A DNA stretch of 64,000 nt, taken from NCBI GenBank assembly GCA_023251555.1, contig JAHEYN010000008.1, positions 11,535 to 75,534 of the forward strand, in the 5' to 3' direction. The position numbers were made by a program, and so were the translations under genes. Each line of letters starts with the position of its first letter. The stretch's first letter is position 1. This document shows, in pieces, positions 40,309 to 49,872 of the stretch. The notes under the pieces are model-generated. The model ran no database searches and was not told the origin of the DNA. It saw nothing but the letters and a program-made list of their open reading frames with translations. This stretch comes from Bacteroidota bacterium. GTDB taxonomy: Bacteria > Bacteroidota > Bacteroidia > AKYH767-A > JAHEYN01.

Positions 40309-42339
40309 CTACTTTGCGGCTTGCCGCTTCCTGAGCCTGCACAAGCCTTCATCAAGAAAATTCAGGTATTGGGCCGCATCCGGAGTATACCCCCGCGGGC
40401 GGGCAAGCATTCTTCCATTGCAATCAAGCAGAACATAATAAGGCTGCGAATTACTCCCATAAACAGAAGCCTGCATATCACTCCAGCGGTTGCCGGCCGT
40501 TTTTATTTTTTTCCCGCTGAAGAGAGAAATCTTCTGTTCACCGGCAGGAAGAGGTTCCTTATCATCCACATAAAGAGAAATGAGCACATAATCTTCCGAA
40601 ATCCTTTTCAGGACAGACGGGTCAGACCAAACGTTATCCTCCATCTTCCTGCAGTTTACGCATGACCACCCGGTAAAGTCAATCATCACCGGCTTCTGCT
40701 GCTCACGGGCATAGGCCATGCCTGACTCATAATCATGGTAACAGTTGAGGTTGTGCGGGCAATGCGTGGCTTTATTGCTTGTCCATTCCCTGTAAAATTC
40801 AGGCGGGGGAAAGCCGCTGATGAGATTCAGGGGTGCTCCCCATATCCCCGGGATCAGATATGCGGTGAAGGCAAATACAAGTATCGCCATCAAGATTCTT
40901 GTGATGCTGGGCTGTTTAACTTTTGAATCATGGCGAAAGCGGATTTTGCCAAGAAGATAAACACCAAGCATGCCGAAGATAATCACCCAGATGGCAATGA
41001 ATATTTCTCTCTTCAGCAAACCCCAGTGGTATGCAAGATCCACATTCGAAAGAAACTTCAGCGCAAGGGCAAGTTCAATAAAGCCGAGGGTTACCTTAAC
41101 AGAATTAAGCCAGCCTCCTGATTTGGGAAGCGAATGCAGCCAGCCGGGAAAAGCGGCAAACAAAGCAAACGGGAGGGCCAGCGCCAGTGCGAAGCCCCCC
41201 ATTCCCATGAGCGGCCCAAGGTAATTGCCTCCATGGGCTGCCTCTACCAGCAATGTACCTATTATGGGACCCGTGCAGGAAAATGACACCAGTGAAAGTG
41301 TAAATGCCATGAAGAATATACCCGGAAGGCCTCCCTGCTCGGAAGCTTTATCAGCCTTGTTCACAAAGTTGCCTGGAAGAGTAATCTCAAAGACACCGAA
41401 AAAGGAGATGGCAAACAGAATAAATATCACAAAGAAAAGCATGTTAAAGAATCCGCTGCTGGCCATGTCATTCAACGCATCAGAACCAAGAGAAACACTG
41501 ATGAGCAAGCCCAGCCCGACGTATATCACAATGATAGAAACCGCGTATATAAGTGCGTTACGGATTCCTTTTTTCCTGCTCCTGCTTTGCTTTGTGAAAA
41601 AACTAACGGTAAGAGGGATCATAGGGAATACACATGGCGTAAGCAGCGCAAGCAGGCCGCCGAGGACTCCACCTGCAAAGATGCCCCAGGGAGATGACAA
41701 TGCAACTGCATCATCCTGCCCTTCCCCGCAGCCCGGTTCAAGAGTATTGTCAGGGGCGGGCAGTATAACCGCCGGAGAAAGTGTGTCTGCATGAATGAGC
41801 GTATCTGCTTTTATCAATACCTGTGATGAACGCCCGGTATCTTCCTGTTTCACCCTGGCAGGCTCTACTGTTTTCGGATCCCCGCTCATATTGAACTCAA
41901 AGGCAACGTCTTCCGGCGGCAGACAGCCTTTGTCATTGCATGCAGCATAAGTCAGTGTTCCTTTTATTTCAAAAGGACTGCTGTCCGTTATCTTTATTTT
42001 TTGCCTGAATACAACTTTCTCTTCGTAATATTTCAGATCCATCTCAAACTCTTTGCTGTATTCACTGATAACTTTTCCCTCCTCTGTAATTTTGCCCGCA
42101 AGCTCATAGCTGCCGCTCTTCTCAAAAGATAATGAAACAGGGATGGGACCTCCATCGGCAATGGATGGGGAATAGATATGCCATGTTTTATCCATCCGGG
42201 CAGTAAAAACAAGCTCCTGCGCTCCCGCGGAAACTCTTCCGAGGCTATATGACCAATGCACCGGCTGCAGTATTTGAGCGGTGAGCGACAATACAGAAGC
42301 CTTGAAAAGGAGGACTGTCAAAAAAAATTTTAGCTTCAT
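40309..42339 (-). CDS. dsbD: Protein-disulfide reductase DsbD family
   Basis: WHIYS, ACNDKGCLPP, LTPCVFPMIP, SCTGP, LPKSGGWL, DFTGWSCVNCRKME. Confidence 0.95.
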   Translation of the reverse strand: MKLKFFLTVLLFKASVLSLTAQILQPVHWSYSLGRVSAGAQELVFTARMDKTWHIYSPSIADGGPIPVSLSFEKSGSYELAGKITEEGKVISEYSKEFEMDLKYYEEKVVFRQKIKITDSSPFEIKGTLTYAACNDKGCLPPEDVAFEFNMSGDPKTVEPARVKQEDTGRSSQVLIKADTLIHADTLSPAVILPAPDNTLEPGCGEGQDDAVALSSPWGIFAGGVLGGLLALLTPCVFPMIPLTVSFFTKQSRSRKKGIRNALIYAVSIIVIYVGLGLLISVSLGSDALNDMASSGFFNMLFFVIFILFAISFFGVFEITLPGNFVNKADKASEQGGLPGIFFMAFTLSLVSFSCTGPIIGTLLVEAAHGGNYLGPLMGMGGFALALALPFALFAAFPGWLHSLPKSGGWLNSVKVTLGFIELALALKFLSNVDLAYHWGLLKREIFIAIWVIIFGMLGVYLLGKIRFRHDSKVKQPSITRILMAILVFAFTAYLIPGIWGAPLNLISGFPPPEFYREWTSNKATHCPHNLNCYHDYESGMAYAREQQKPVMIDFTGWSCVNCRKMEDNVWSDPSVLKRISEDYVLISLYVDDKEPLPAGEQKISLFSGKKIKTAGNRWSDMQASVYGSNSQPYYVLLDCNGRMLARPRGYTPDAAQYLNFLDEGLCRLRKRQAAK

Positions 42340-42432
42340 TTTTCCGGGTTCTCAGGTATGCCTGCAAAAATAAGATTTTTCATCGCAGGCGGGGTATTTA
42401 TGCCTGTTCTTTTCCTTTCTGCCGCAGCTCAC

Positions 42433-44148
42433 TTACCGTGCAGGAAGGTTTTGTATCTCTTCCCGGCGCTGAAAAACCCCGATAAAGTAATTACTCTGGC
42501 GGCGATAGGTTAGAGCTTCTTCTTCCCATACATAACGCGTCTCCTGGGGGGAAATCATATCTGCAATGCCTACCAGCCGGTAATTCCTGGGCACATAAGT
42601 ATTAAACCACCCAAACAACGTGGTGTCTGCTCCCGGAAAAACCATGAGCGAGATAGGATTGTTGAACAATACAAAATATTTAGGCTTTGCAGCTTCCACA
42701 TCCCTGATAAATTCCCTTTGGAATCCTGAACTCACAGGATGTGCGTTCAGCAGGCCGGCTGCATCACAATGCCTCGAAGGACACCTCCGGTCTGCGTAAA
42801 AATAAACCTCCGCTTCCGACCCAAGCACGGCAATCTTATCCTGCGCGGTGGTTCTTTGTTTTATATAATCGCCTACTACCTTAGCCTCAGGGAAGGGATT
42901 CATTCCATACACTTCACGCAATATTTTTTTAGGGTTGGGAGAAAAGTAATAATCCTGTTTCCTGGCGATATTGCTTATAACTGCCAGCAAGAAAATACCG
43001 GCAGCTATCCCTCCCGATACCTGTGCAGAAAAGTTTTTTCGGAGCAGTGCCCTGGCGGTGTAAAAAAACAATCCGGCAAGCAACGCAATGCATGGCATGA
43101 GGAAAATCCAATAGTGGCCGTAAAACCGGAGCCCCGGGGCTATGGCAACAAAAGAAAGCAGCGTGAACAGGCTGAAAAATATTTTTTTGAAGATTCCCAG
43201 TCCCGTATCTGCAAACACAGCCAGCAACAGTCCCACGAGCGCAAGCAGCCAAAATAATGTGTAATTATCCATAACTCTTCCGAGCGTACTGAAAAAGAGT
43301 TTTAATCCATCGGCAAGCGGTATGGCAGAAGAATAGCTGCGTGCATAGTCGTATGTCCAGAAGATGAACTGATCCCATGCACCGTGCAAAAGCATCACGG
43401 CAAAACAAAGCAGCAGCATAGTCGCTACTCCTGCAGCGTACAGGCCAGTGTTCCGGAACAATGCCTTCCTGTCAGCGGGGCGGGTTAAAACATAATGACA
43501 AACAATCATGACTCCGGCAAAAGCAATAAAAAACAAGCCGTTTTGTTTTACCAGCGCCGACATGCCAAGCATGAGACCACTGCCAAAAAAATACGAAGCT
43601 TTATTTTTTTCTATTCCATGGAGAAAAAGAAAAATCCCTCCTGAAACAAAGAATGCAATAAGATGCTCCGATTGCACCGTAAACCCGGAGATGTGAGGGG
43701 CTAAGGAAAGCAGGGCATAAGCAGCAGCGGCAATTATGCCGGCAGTTTTACCAAGGAGCGCTTTGCCGGCAAGGCAGATAAAAATAATGGTTCCTATATT
43801 CACAAAGATAAACCCGAAATGAAGATCCTCTATGGTATTTCCGAACACGTATATGAAAGCCGCGTACAGGTAATAGAGACCCGGGGGTTTCAGTTCGTAA
43901 AAGTCAATATAGGGAGTCTTCCCGTCAAGAATAAGCTGACCCATGTAGCTGTATACACCTTCGTCACGCTCGAAAGGGATATGCAAAAATTTTATCCGGA
44001 TAAAAAATACAAAGAGGCTGATAAATGCCAGATAAAATACAGTGCTGTCGGTTCTTTCAAGAAAAGATCTGTCTTTCTTTTCCACAGGAAGTTCCGCCTT
44101 GCCTCTGCCAGGCACACTATGGCTCTTGTGTTGAGATTTATGTTTCAT
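42433..44148 (-). CDS. GT39/ArnT-like (PMT_2) membrane glycosyltransferase
   Basis: ERDEGVY, YIDFYELKPPG, KQNG, FYGHYW; multiple TM helices. Confidence 0.85.
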   Translation of the reverse strand: MKHKSQHKSHSVPGRGKAELPVEKKDRSFLERTDSTVFYLAFISLFVFFIRIKFLHIPFERDEGVYSYMGQLILDGKTPYIDFYELKPPGLYYLYAAFIYVFGNTIEDLHFGFIFVNIGTIIFICLAGKALLGKTAGIIAAAAYALLSLAPHISGFTVQSEHLIAFFVSGGIFLFLHGIEKNKASYFFGSGLMLGMSALVKQNGLFFIAFAGVMIVCHYVLTRPADRKALFRNTGLYAAGVATMLLLCFAVMLLHGAWDQFIFWTYDYARSYSSAIPLADGLKLFFSTLGRVMDNYTLFWLLALVGLLLAVFADTGLGIFKKIFFSLFTLLSFVAIAPGLRFYGHYWIFLMPCIALLAGLFFYTARALLRKNFSAQVSGGIAAGIFLLAVISNIARKQDYYFSPNPKKILREVYGMNPFPEAKVVGDYIKQRTTAQDKIAVLGSEAEVYFYADRRCPSRHCDAAGLLNAHPVSSGFQREFIRDVEAAKPKYFVLFNNPISLMVFPGADTTLFGWFNTYVPRNYRLVGIADMISPQETRYVWEEEALTYRRQSNYFIGVFQRREEIQNLPAR

Positions 44149-44235
44149 GCAGGTGAGTCAAAAGTACAAATAATACCAACGCCTGTTGACAACCGGGCTT
44201 TTGACAAAATTGAAGGCTCTGTATGACGACATAAG

Positions 44236-45765
44236 TCAGAGCAAGTCTGCTTTCCCGCGGATAATTTCAGCAAACGGCCTGCCACTTATTTTGCTTTCCA
44301 GCCAGGAAATAATGTCAAAATATTCGAGTGCCCTGCGTTCGAACGGGTCGCGGATAATTTTAGTCAGATCCCTCTTCAGATCTTCAAACATAAGGATAAG
44401 CTCCTTTCCTGAATTGGCTCTGGGCAAGCGGGTCCGGATAAAATCAAGAATACAGGATTCGAATTTATACAGGTACTTTCTTTTATAAAGAAAACGGTAG
44501 GTGGATTTAACAAGATATTCCAGGAGGTCGGTATTGCCCAGTTCAAAATGCAAAATAAGATTAAGTATGCGGGTGAAGCAATGTATGTCGGCGTACAAAC
44601 CAAGGTTGGCATGGTTCAGTATCTTATTGATCCACTGCAGAGCCTTTGTATAATCTTCGGACCCGAAATACGCAACAAAGATGTTATACCATAATATAAT
44701 TTCATTGGCCTGGTTGAAAGAAGCTTTCCGAACCTGCTTCATCTCCATTTCTATCACCGGCACCAGCACGGCCCCCTCCCTGAAACGGCCGGTATTATTG
44801 TAATATGTAAGCTGGTAAATGAAGACAAGCATATGCGAGTTGGTATGCTCCGCACGATAAGTTCTGCTTGTGATTTTAAGTTTCTCAAGCACCTCCAGAT
44901 AGTCATCGTATTTATGAAGATACTGGCAAATCAGCAGGTAATTGCTCAGCGTGGCAATATATGTATTTGGCTTTTCAAGGATCTGGTGGGGGTGACTTTC
45001 TATAAGTGATAACTGGGATTTGCAATACATCAGGCTCCTTTTAAAGTCACCCTTTATCAGGTGGTAGTTCGAATGAAGGTTGCAGAAATAATATTTAGAC
45101 TGGTATGTAAGCGCTCTTTTTTCACTCCTGAGAACAGGATGGCTCATTATTGCACTGTAATTTTTTACATCACGCTCGCTCCGCGTCATTGACTCCCAGC
45201 GATTAAGTACAAGAACCCGGGTAGCCAGTTTAAAAAAAACGGAAGTGTTCTCATATTTCTCGATGACTGATGTTTCTTCGCCCGAAATTTTATCCAGTTC
45301 CTTGTCAAGCCGGTCCAGGTCAAGTGTTGCCCGGTACAACTCCACTTCCCACCTGAGCACCTCAAGGATTGCAGGGAATTTTTCATATTTATATGCAATT
45401 TCCTTTGCCTTACGGAGAATCTTGCTGCACTGCTTATAAAGCCTCTTCTCAAAAAGAATCTCCGCACTCCTGAGGAGTTCCTTCAGGCGGGCTTCACTTG
45501 ATGATTCAGAAAAAAAATTACGGAGCGTCCTGAGTATAAGCGCGTGGAGATAGTTTTTTTCATAGGACAGGTGTTTCGCAAATTTTTCATGGCGGAAAAG
45601 CCTGCCCAGCTCCTCCTCGTCATACTCACGCTGCCCGTCAATGGCATCAAAAATCCTGAGATAGTTTTTTTCTCCTTTATGAATGGATGCCGATAACTTA
45701 AAAAATCGTTTCTCTGATTTGGTCAGTGATTTAATCAGAAGAAAAAGATCCTCATTTTTTTTCAT
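44236..45765 (-). CDS. Uncharacterised helical protein (basic N-terminal domain + TPR-like repeats), putative regulator
   Basis: DLFLLIKSLTKSEKRFFK...YLRIFDAI N-terminus, TPR-like helices (YFGSEDYTKALQWIN, ILHFELGN), YFDIISWLESK end; no signal peptide. Confidence 0.7.
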   Translation of the reverse strand: MKKNEDLFLLIKSLTKSEKRFFKLSASIHKGEKNYLRIFDAIDGQREYDEEELGRLFRHEKFAKHLSYEKNYLHALILRTLRNFFSESSSEARLKELLRSAEILFEKRLYKQCSKILRKAKEIAYKYEKFPAILEVLRWEVELYRATLDLDRLDKELDKISGEETSVIEKYENTSVFFKLATRVLVLNRWESMTRSERDVKNYSAIMSHPVLRSEKRALTYQSKYYFCNLHSNYHLIKGDFKRSLMYCKSQLSLIESHPHQILEKPNTYIATLSNYLLICQYLHKYDDYLEVLEKLKITSRTYRAEHTNSHMLVFIYQLTYYNNTGRFREGAVLVPVIEMEMKQVRKASFNQANEIILWYNIFVAYFGSEDYTKALQWINKILNHANLGLYADIHCFTRILNLILHFELGNTDLLEYLVKSTYRFLYKRKYLYKFESCILDFIRTRLPRANSGKELILMFEDLKRDLTKIIRDPFERRALEYFDIISWLESKISGRPFAEIIRGKADLL

Positions 45766-45766
45766 G

Positions 45767-45866
45767 GAATACTAAAAATTTATATGTAAATATCATTATT
45801 TTAACTATTTTTAACAACTAATGTATAAAATAGAATACTAAAAATAAAATAATATTGAGTAGTATT
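45767..45866. promoter_or_regulatory. Repeated operator-like dyads in a divergent promoter region
   Basis: GAATACTAAAAAT at 45767 and 45833; AATACTA-N19-TAGTATT (45834-45866) and AATACTA-N19-CATTATT (45768-45800). Confidence 0.5.
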
Positions 45867-45931
45867 GCAGGGTATCCTCCCTGATATTTGCCATCACTAA
45901 TAAGGTTCATATACCTCCATCTGAAAGAATC

Positions 45932-48766
45932 ATGAAAAAAATATTTCTCCTCATCCTCTCCGCCCAGACAGCTTCCTTCTCCTGGGCTGCGCTTACCTAT
46001 AACTCAAGCGCCATTGTCCAGAACAATACCGGCACAGTACTGCAGGGAAGCACGAAGCAGGAACTGTTACAGATATATATTTATATGACAGGAACGGGCC
46101 CCGGCCCAACACTTAACAATATCACCTTCAACACGGACGGAAGCACCAATGCCGCTGCAGATCTGGCCGGTGCCAATGCGAAAGTATGGTATAACAGCAC
46201 CCTTACAACTTCCACCTTTTCAACCACCACGCTCAATTACGGATCTGTTGTTGCAAACCCAAACGGATCTTTTGCCTTTTCAGGAGCGCTGACCCTTGTG
46301 GCAGGATATAATTATTTCTGGCTCAGCTATGATGTCCCTGCAGGTGCAACCATCTGTAACACTGTTTGTGCAAATAAATCTGTTAATGTTTCCCTTACCC
46401 TGTCATCCGGGGGGCCATATACTCCCCTGGTCGGCATGCCACCTGTGGGCAGACAGGTAGACGGAACAATGGTTTACGGCACAGCCATCGGTACCCAGCC
46501 GGCTCCCAAGCAGGCATACCCGGGTACGCCCAACACGGAAATATTCGGTATTGAAATTACAGCAACCGGCTCACAGTCTCCGCTCAATGTAACCCAGTTG
46601 GTATTCAATGCAAACGGAACGACAAATGTTGCCGATATCTCGAATGCAAAACTCTGGTATACAGCAACCAGTTCCACCTTCTCGGCCACCACACAGGCAG
46701 GAAGCACAGTCGCTTCCGTGCCCGCATACCCTGCAACATTTAGTTTCTCCGGATTTTCCAATGCCCTGGCAGGATGCGACACTGTATTTTACTGGCTCAC
46801 ATACGATGTCTCGCCAAGTGCAAATATTAGTAATCTGCTCGACGCAGAATGTACTTCCGTCACAGTGGGAGGCAGTGCAAAAACCCCTGTTCCTACTGCC
46901 ACTTCCGGGTACCTCGGTATATCAAACTACCCTGCCTATGCCCAGAAAAAACACGCCGGCAACAACAGTGATTATGTGGAATGCCTCACGCTGAACAACA
47001 CAGGAGTTGTAGCAGCCGGGTATACCTTCAGTTTCGGCGCAGGCAGCAGTGACGTTTGCATACTCCAGACCAACCTTGCCGGCGACTTATTGTGGCATAA
47101 AACATATGGCACCACCAGCTCGGAATCAGCCGAATACATTACACAGGGCGGCGGCGGATTTCTTGTTGCCGGAACCCGGAACCCCGGCAGCAGCAACGAC
47201 ATGATGCTTATGAATACCGACGCAAACGGAAACGTGCTGTGGAACCAGAGTTACGGGGTAACCAACTGGGGAGAAAGCGGCTACTGGGTGGACCAGGTTA
47301 CCGGAGGAGGATATATCGTTGCCGGACAGATGATACAGGCTGTAACCTTCGGGGATATGTACCTGGTAAAAACTTCGAGTACCGGAACTTTCCTATGGGG
47401 AAAAAGTTTCGGCGGAACGGGAAATGCGGAGATGCTGAAATATGTAAAGGAAATTTCCGGCGGGTATTTCATTGCAGGAACAACCACAACCTATGGGGCA
47501 GGACTCTCCGATATTTTTCTTGCCAAAACCGATGTTAATGGAAATCTTTTATGGTCCACCACCTATGGCAGCAGCGGACTGAACTCCGAAGAGTTTGTGA
47601 ATGCCGACCAGACTACCGACGGAGGTTTTATTATTACCGGATCGGTAGGAAGTTCTCTTGCCTCCGGGGGAGCCGGGGACTTCTGCCTTCTCAAGGTGGA
47701 TGTAAACGGTAACTTCCAGTGGTTCATGTCTTATGGCGGATCCAACGGAGACGATCCTTACTGGGTTGAACAAACCGCTGACGGCGGCTATATCGTGGGA
47801 GGATCATCTGCCAGTCTCAGCTCCACCTATGATTTCCTTCTGGTAAAAACTGACCCTTCAGGAACTATACAATGGACAAAAGGATGGGGTAGTACCGCCT
47901 TCAGCACTACGGATTATGTTTCATCCGTAAAGCAGTCTACCGACGGAAGTTACTGGCTTACCGTAGTCTCCGGGTTCAGCGCAGGAGGTGCCGACTACGG
48001 TATCCTGCACCTTGATGCGACCGGCAATACAGGAGGATGTGACGACCTGCCGACAGCAAGTATCATTTCAAAATCTTTTTCGCTGGGAATAAGCGGGGTG
48101 GTCAAAAATGTTTCTCCAACCAACTTTACCGTGGGCACAGGAGGCACCGGTGCTCTCATAGCAAGTTCAGTACTCACAGGAAACCCCTCCACCCCGGCTT
48201 CCACTGATAATTGTCCTGTTCCACTGGTTCTCCCTGTCAGCCTCATCTCTTTTGATGGGTATAACGAGGGAGGGAAAAATATACTGGAGTGGATTACCGC
48301 ATCAGAATTAAATAATGACATGTTTGTCATTGAGCGCAGTCTTGACGGACAGCGTTTTGAGTCTATAGGAAGGGTGAAAAGCAATGGTAATTCTGCAATG
48401 CAGCAACACTATACTTTTGCGGATACAAGTCCTCTTCCCGGTATAAATTATTACCGCCTGCGACAGATTGACTACAATGGCCGTTCTGATTTCTCGCAAA
48501 CAATTACAATTTACTCTTCCCGGATGCAGGCGGGCATCAATATCTACCCCAACCCCGCAAATGAAAAAATGTTCTGCGAATATAATGCAGGACAGGAGTC
48601 TGCAGTAATTTTTGCTGTCACGGACTTATTGGGGAATATTATTTCAGAGGAGAAAACAAAAATCCTGAAAGGGGAGAACACCTTCTCCTTCAACATAAGT
48701 GCGCTTCCTGCAGGTATTTACTTTCTAAGGGCAGGAGGCTGTGCAGGAAAATTTGTAAAGGAGTAG
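45932..48766 (+). CDS. T9SS cargo: two BNR-neuraminidase-N-like Ig domains + beta-propeller + CTD
   Basis: NAKVWY...YFWLSYDV and NAKLWY...FYWLTYDV; QTxDGGY repeats; LPVSLISFDG...WITASE...YYRLRQID; IYPNP...KFVKE. Confidence 0.88.
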   Translation: MKKIFLLILSAQTASFSWAALTYNSSAIVQNNTGTVLQGSTKQELLQIYIYMTGTGPGPTLNNITFNTDGSTNAAADLAGANAKVWYNSTLTTSTFSTTTLNYGSVVANPNGSFAFSGALTLVAGYNYFWLSYDVPAGATICNTVCANKSVNVSLTLSSGGPYTPLVGMPPVGRQVDGTMVYGTAIGTQPAPKQAYPGTPNTEIFGIEITATGSQSPLNVTQLVFNANGTTNVADISNAKLWYTATSSTFSATTQAGSTVASVPAYPATFSFSGFSNALAGCDTVFYWLTYDVSPSANISNLLDAECTSVTVGGSAKTPVPTATSGYLGISNYPAYAQKKHAGNNSDYVECLTLNNTGVVAAGYTFSFGAGSSDVCILQTNLAGDLLWHKTYGTTSSESAEYITQGGGGFLVAGTRNPGSSNDMMLMNTDANGNVLWNQSYGVTNWGESGYWVDQVTGGGYIVAGQMIQAVTFGDMYLVKTSSTGTFLWGKSFGGTGNAEMLKYVKEISGGYFIAGTTTTYGAGLSDIFLAKTDVNGNLLWSTTYGSSGLNSEEFVNADQTTDGGFIITGSVGSSLASGGAGDFCLLKVDVNGNFQWFMSYGGSNGDDPYWVEQTADGGYIVGGSSASLSSTYDFLLVKTDPSGTIQWTKGWGSTAFSTTDYVSSVKQSTDGSYWLTVVSGFSAGGADYGILHLDATGNTGGCDDLPTASIISKSFSLGISGVVKNVSPTNFTVGTGGTGALIASSVLTGNPSTPASTDNCPVPLVLPVSLISFDGYNEGGKNILEWITASELNNDMFVIERSLDGQRFESIGRVKSNGNSAMQQHYTFADTSPLPGINYYRLRQIDYNGRSDFSQTITIYSSRMQAGINIYPNPANEKMFCEYNAGQESAVIFAVTDLLGNIISEEKTKILKGENTFSFNISALPAGIYFLRAGGCAGKFVKE

Positions 48767-48778
48767 GAACGAACTCTC

Positions 48779-49843
48779 TTAAGCGTCCTTCTCTCCTGCC
48801 CCGTACTTCCTCCACTTTTCAGCAAGAGCGGCAAAAGATGGGGGCAGAGGAGATTCGAAGAACACTTCATTGCCTGTTAAAGGGTGCGTAAAGCCAAGGG
48901 AGCGGGCATGGAGTGCCTGGCCCGGGAGCATTCCAAAACAGTTCTCCACAAACTGCCTGTATTTTGTGAAGGTAGTTCCTTTCAATATTTTATCTCCTCC
49001 ATACTCCCTGTCGTTAAACAGCGGGTGGCCTGTACTTTTAAAATGCACCCTGATCTGGTGTGTCCGGCCTGTCTCAAGCCTGCATTCAGCCAGAGTCACA
49101 TAACCCAGTCTCTCCAAAACCTTATAATGAGTAACGGCAGGTTTTCCGTGTTCTCCCCCTGGAAATACATCCATAACTTTCCTGTCTTTGAGATTACGGC
49201 CTATGTTTCCTCTTATTGTTCCCTCATCCTCTTTCAGGGAACCCCAGACAAGCGCGACATACCTTCTCTTCACTGTTTTTAAAAAAAATTGTTTTGCCAG
49301 GGAAGCCATAGACTGCTCGCTTTTGGCAATCACAAGAAGACCTGTTGTATCCTTGTCAATCCTGTGTACCAGCCCCGGCCTTACATCCCCGTTGCCCTTC
49401 GCTGATATAAATGCGCCATTCTTCTCCTCCAGTTCCAGGTGAAACATCACTGCGTTCATCAGCGTACCGGAATAATTACCATAAGCCGGGTGAACCACCA
49501 TCCCGGCAGGTTTATTAACGATCATGAAACTCTCGTCCTCGTATACAATATCAAGAGGAATGTTTTCGGGAATGAGTTCTATTTCCCGCGGCGGGTGAGG
49601 CAGCACCACGCTGATAATGTCAAGAGGCTTAATCCTGTAATTGGCTTTTGCCTGTTTCCCGTTTACAAGGATACACCCGGCCTCCATGGCATTCTGTATC
49701 CTGTTTCTCGAAGTTTTTTCAAGGCGGTTGGAAAGAAACTTATCTATGCGGATGGATTCCTGCCCCCGATCCACCTCAAAACGATGATGCTCATAAAGAT
49801 CATTCTCGTGTTCAAGGCTGTTATCATCCCCGGGTATCGTCAT
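48779..49843 (-). CDS. rluD: RluA/RluD family pseudouridine synthase
   Basis: S4 domain RIDKFL, NKPAGMVVHP, HRIDKDTTG, ETGRTHQIRVH. Confidence 0.92.
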   Translation of the reverse strand: MTIPGDDNSLEHENDLYEHHRFEVDRGQESIRIDKFLSNRLEKTSRNRIQNAMEAGCILVNGKQAKANYRIKPLDIISVVLPHPPREIELIPENIPLDIVYEDESFMIVNKPAGMVVHPAYGNYSGTLMNAVMFHLELEEKNGAFISAKGNGDVRPGLVHRIDKDTTGLLVIAKSEQSMASLAKQFFLKTVKRRYVALVWGSLKEDEGTIRGNIGRNLKDRKVMDVFPGGEHGKPAVTHYKVLERLGYVTLAECRLETGRTHQIRVHFKSTGHPLFNDREYGGDKILKGTTFTKYRQFVENCFGMLPGQALHARSLGFTHPLTGNEVFFESPLPPSFAALAEKWRKYGAGEKDA

Positions 49844-49872
49844 ATCTCAGGCACTTTAAAATTGAGAAAATG

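Noticed and set aside
44149-44235. Short signalling-peptide ORF downstream of the TPR-like protein
   Set aside because: No credible start or signal-like peptide; the space holds the next gene's promoter (CAAAAGTA 44159-44166)
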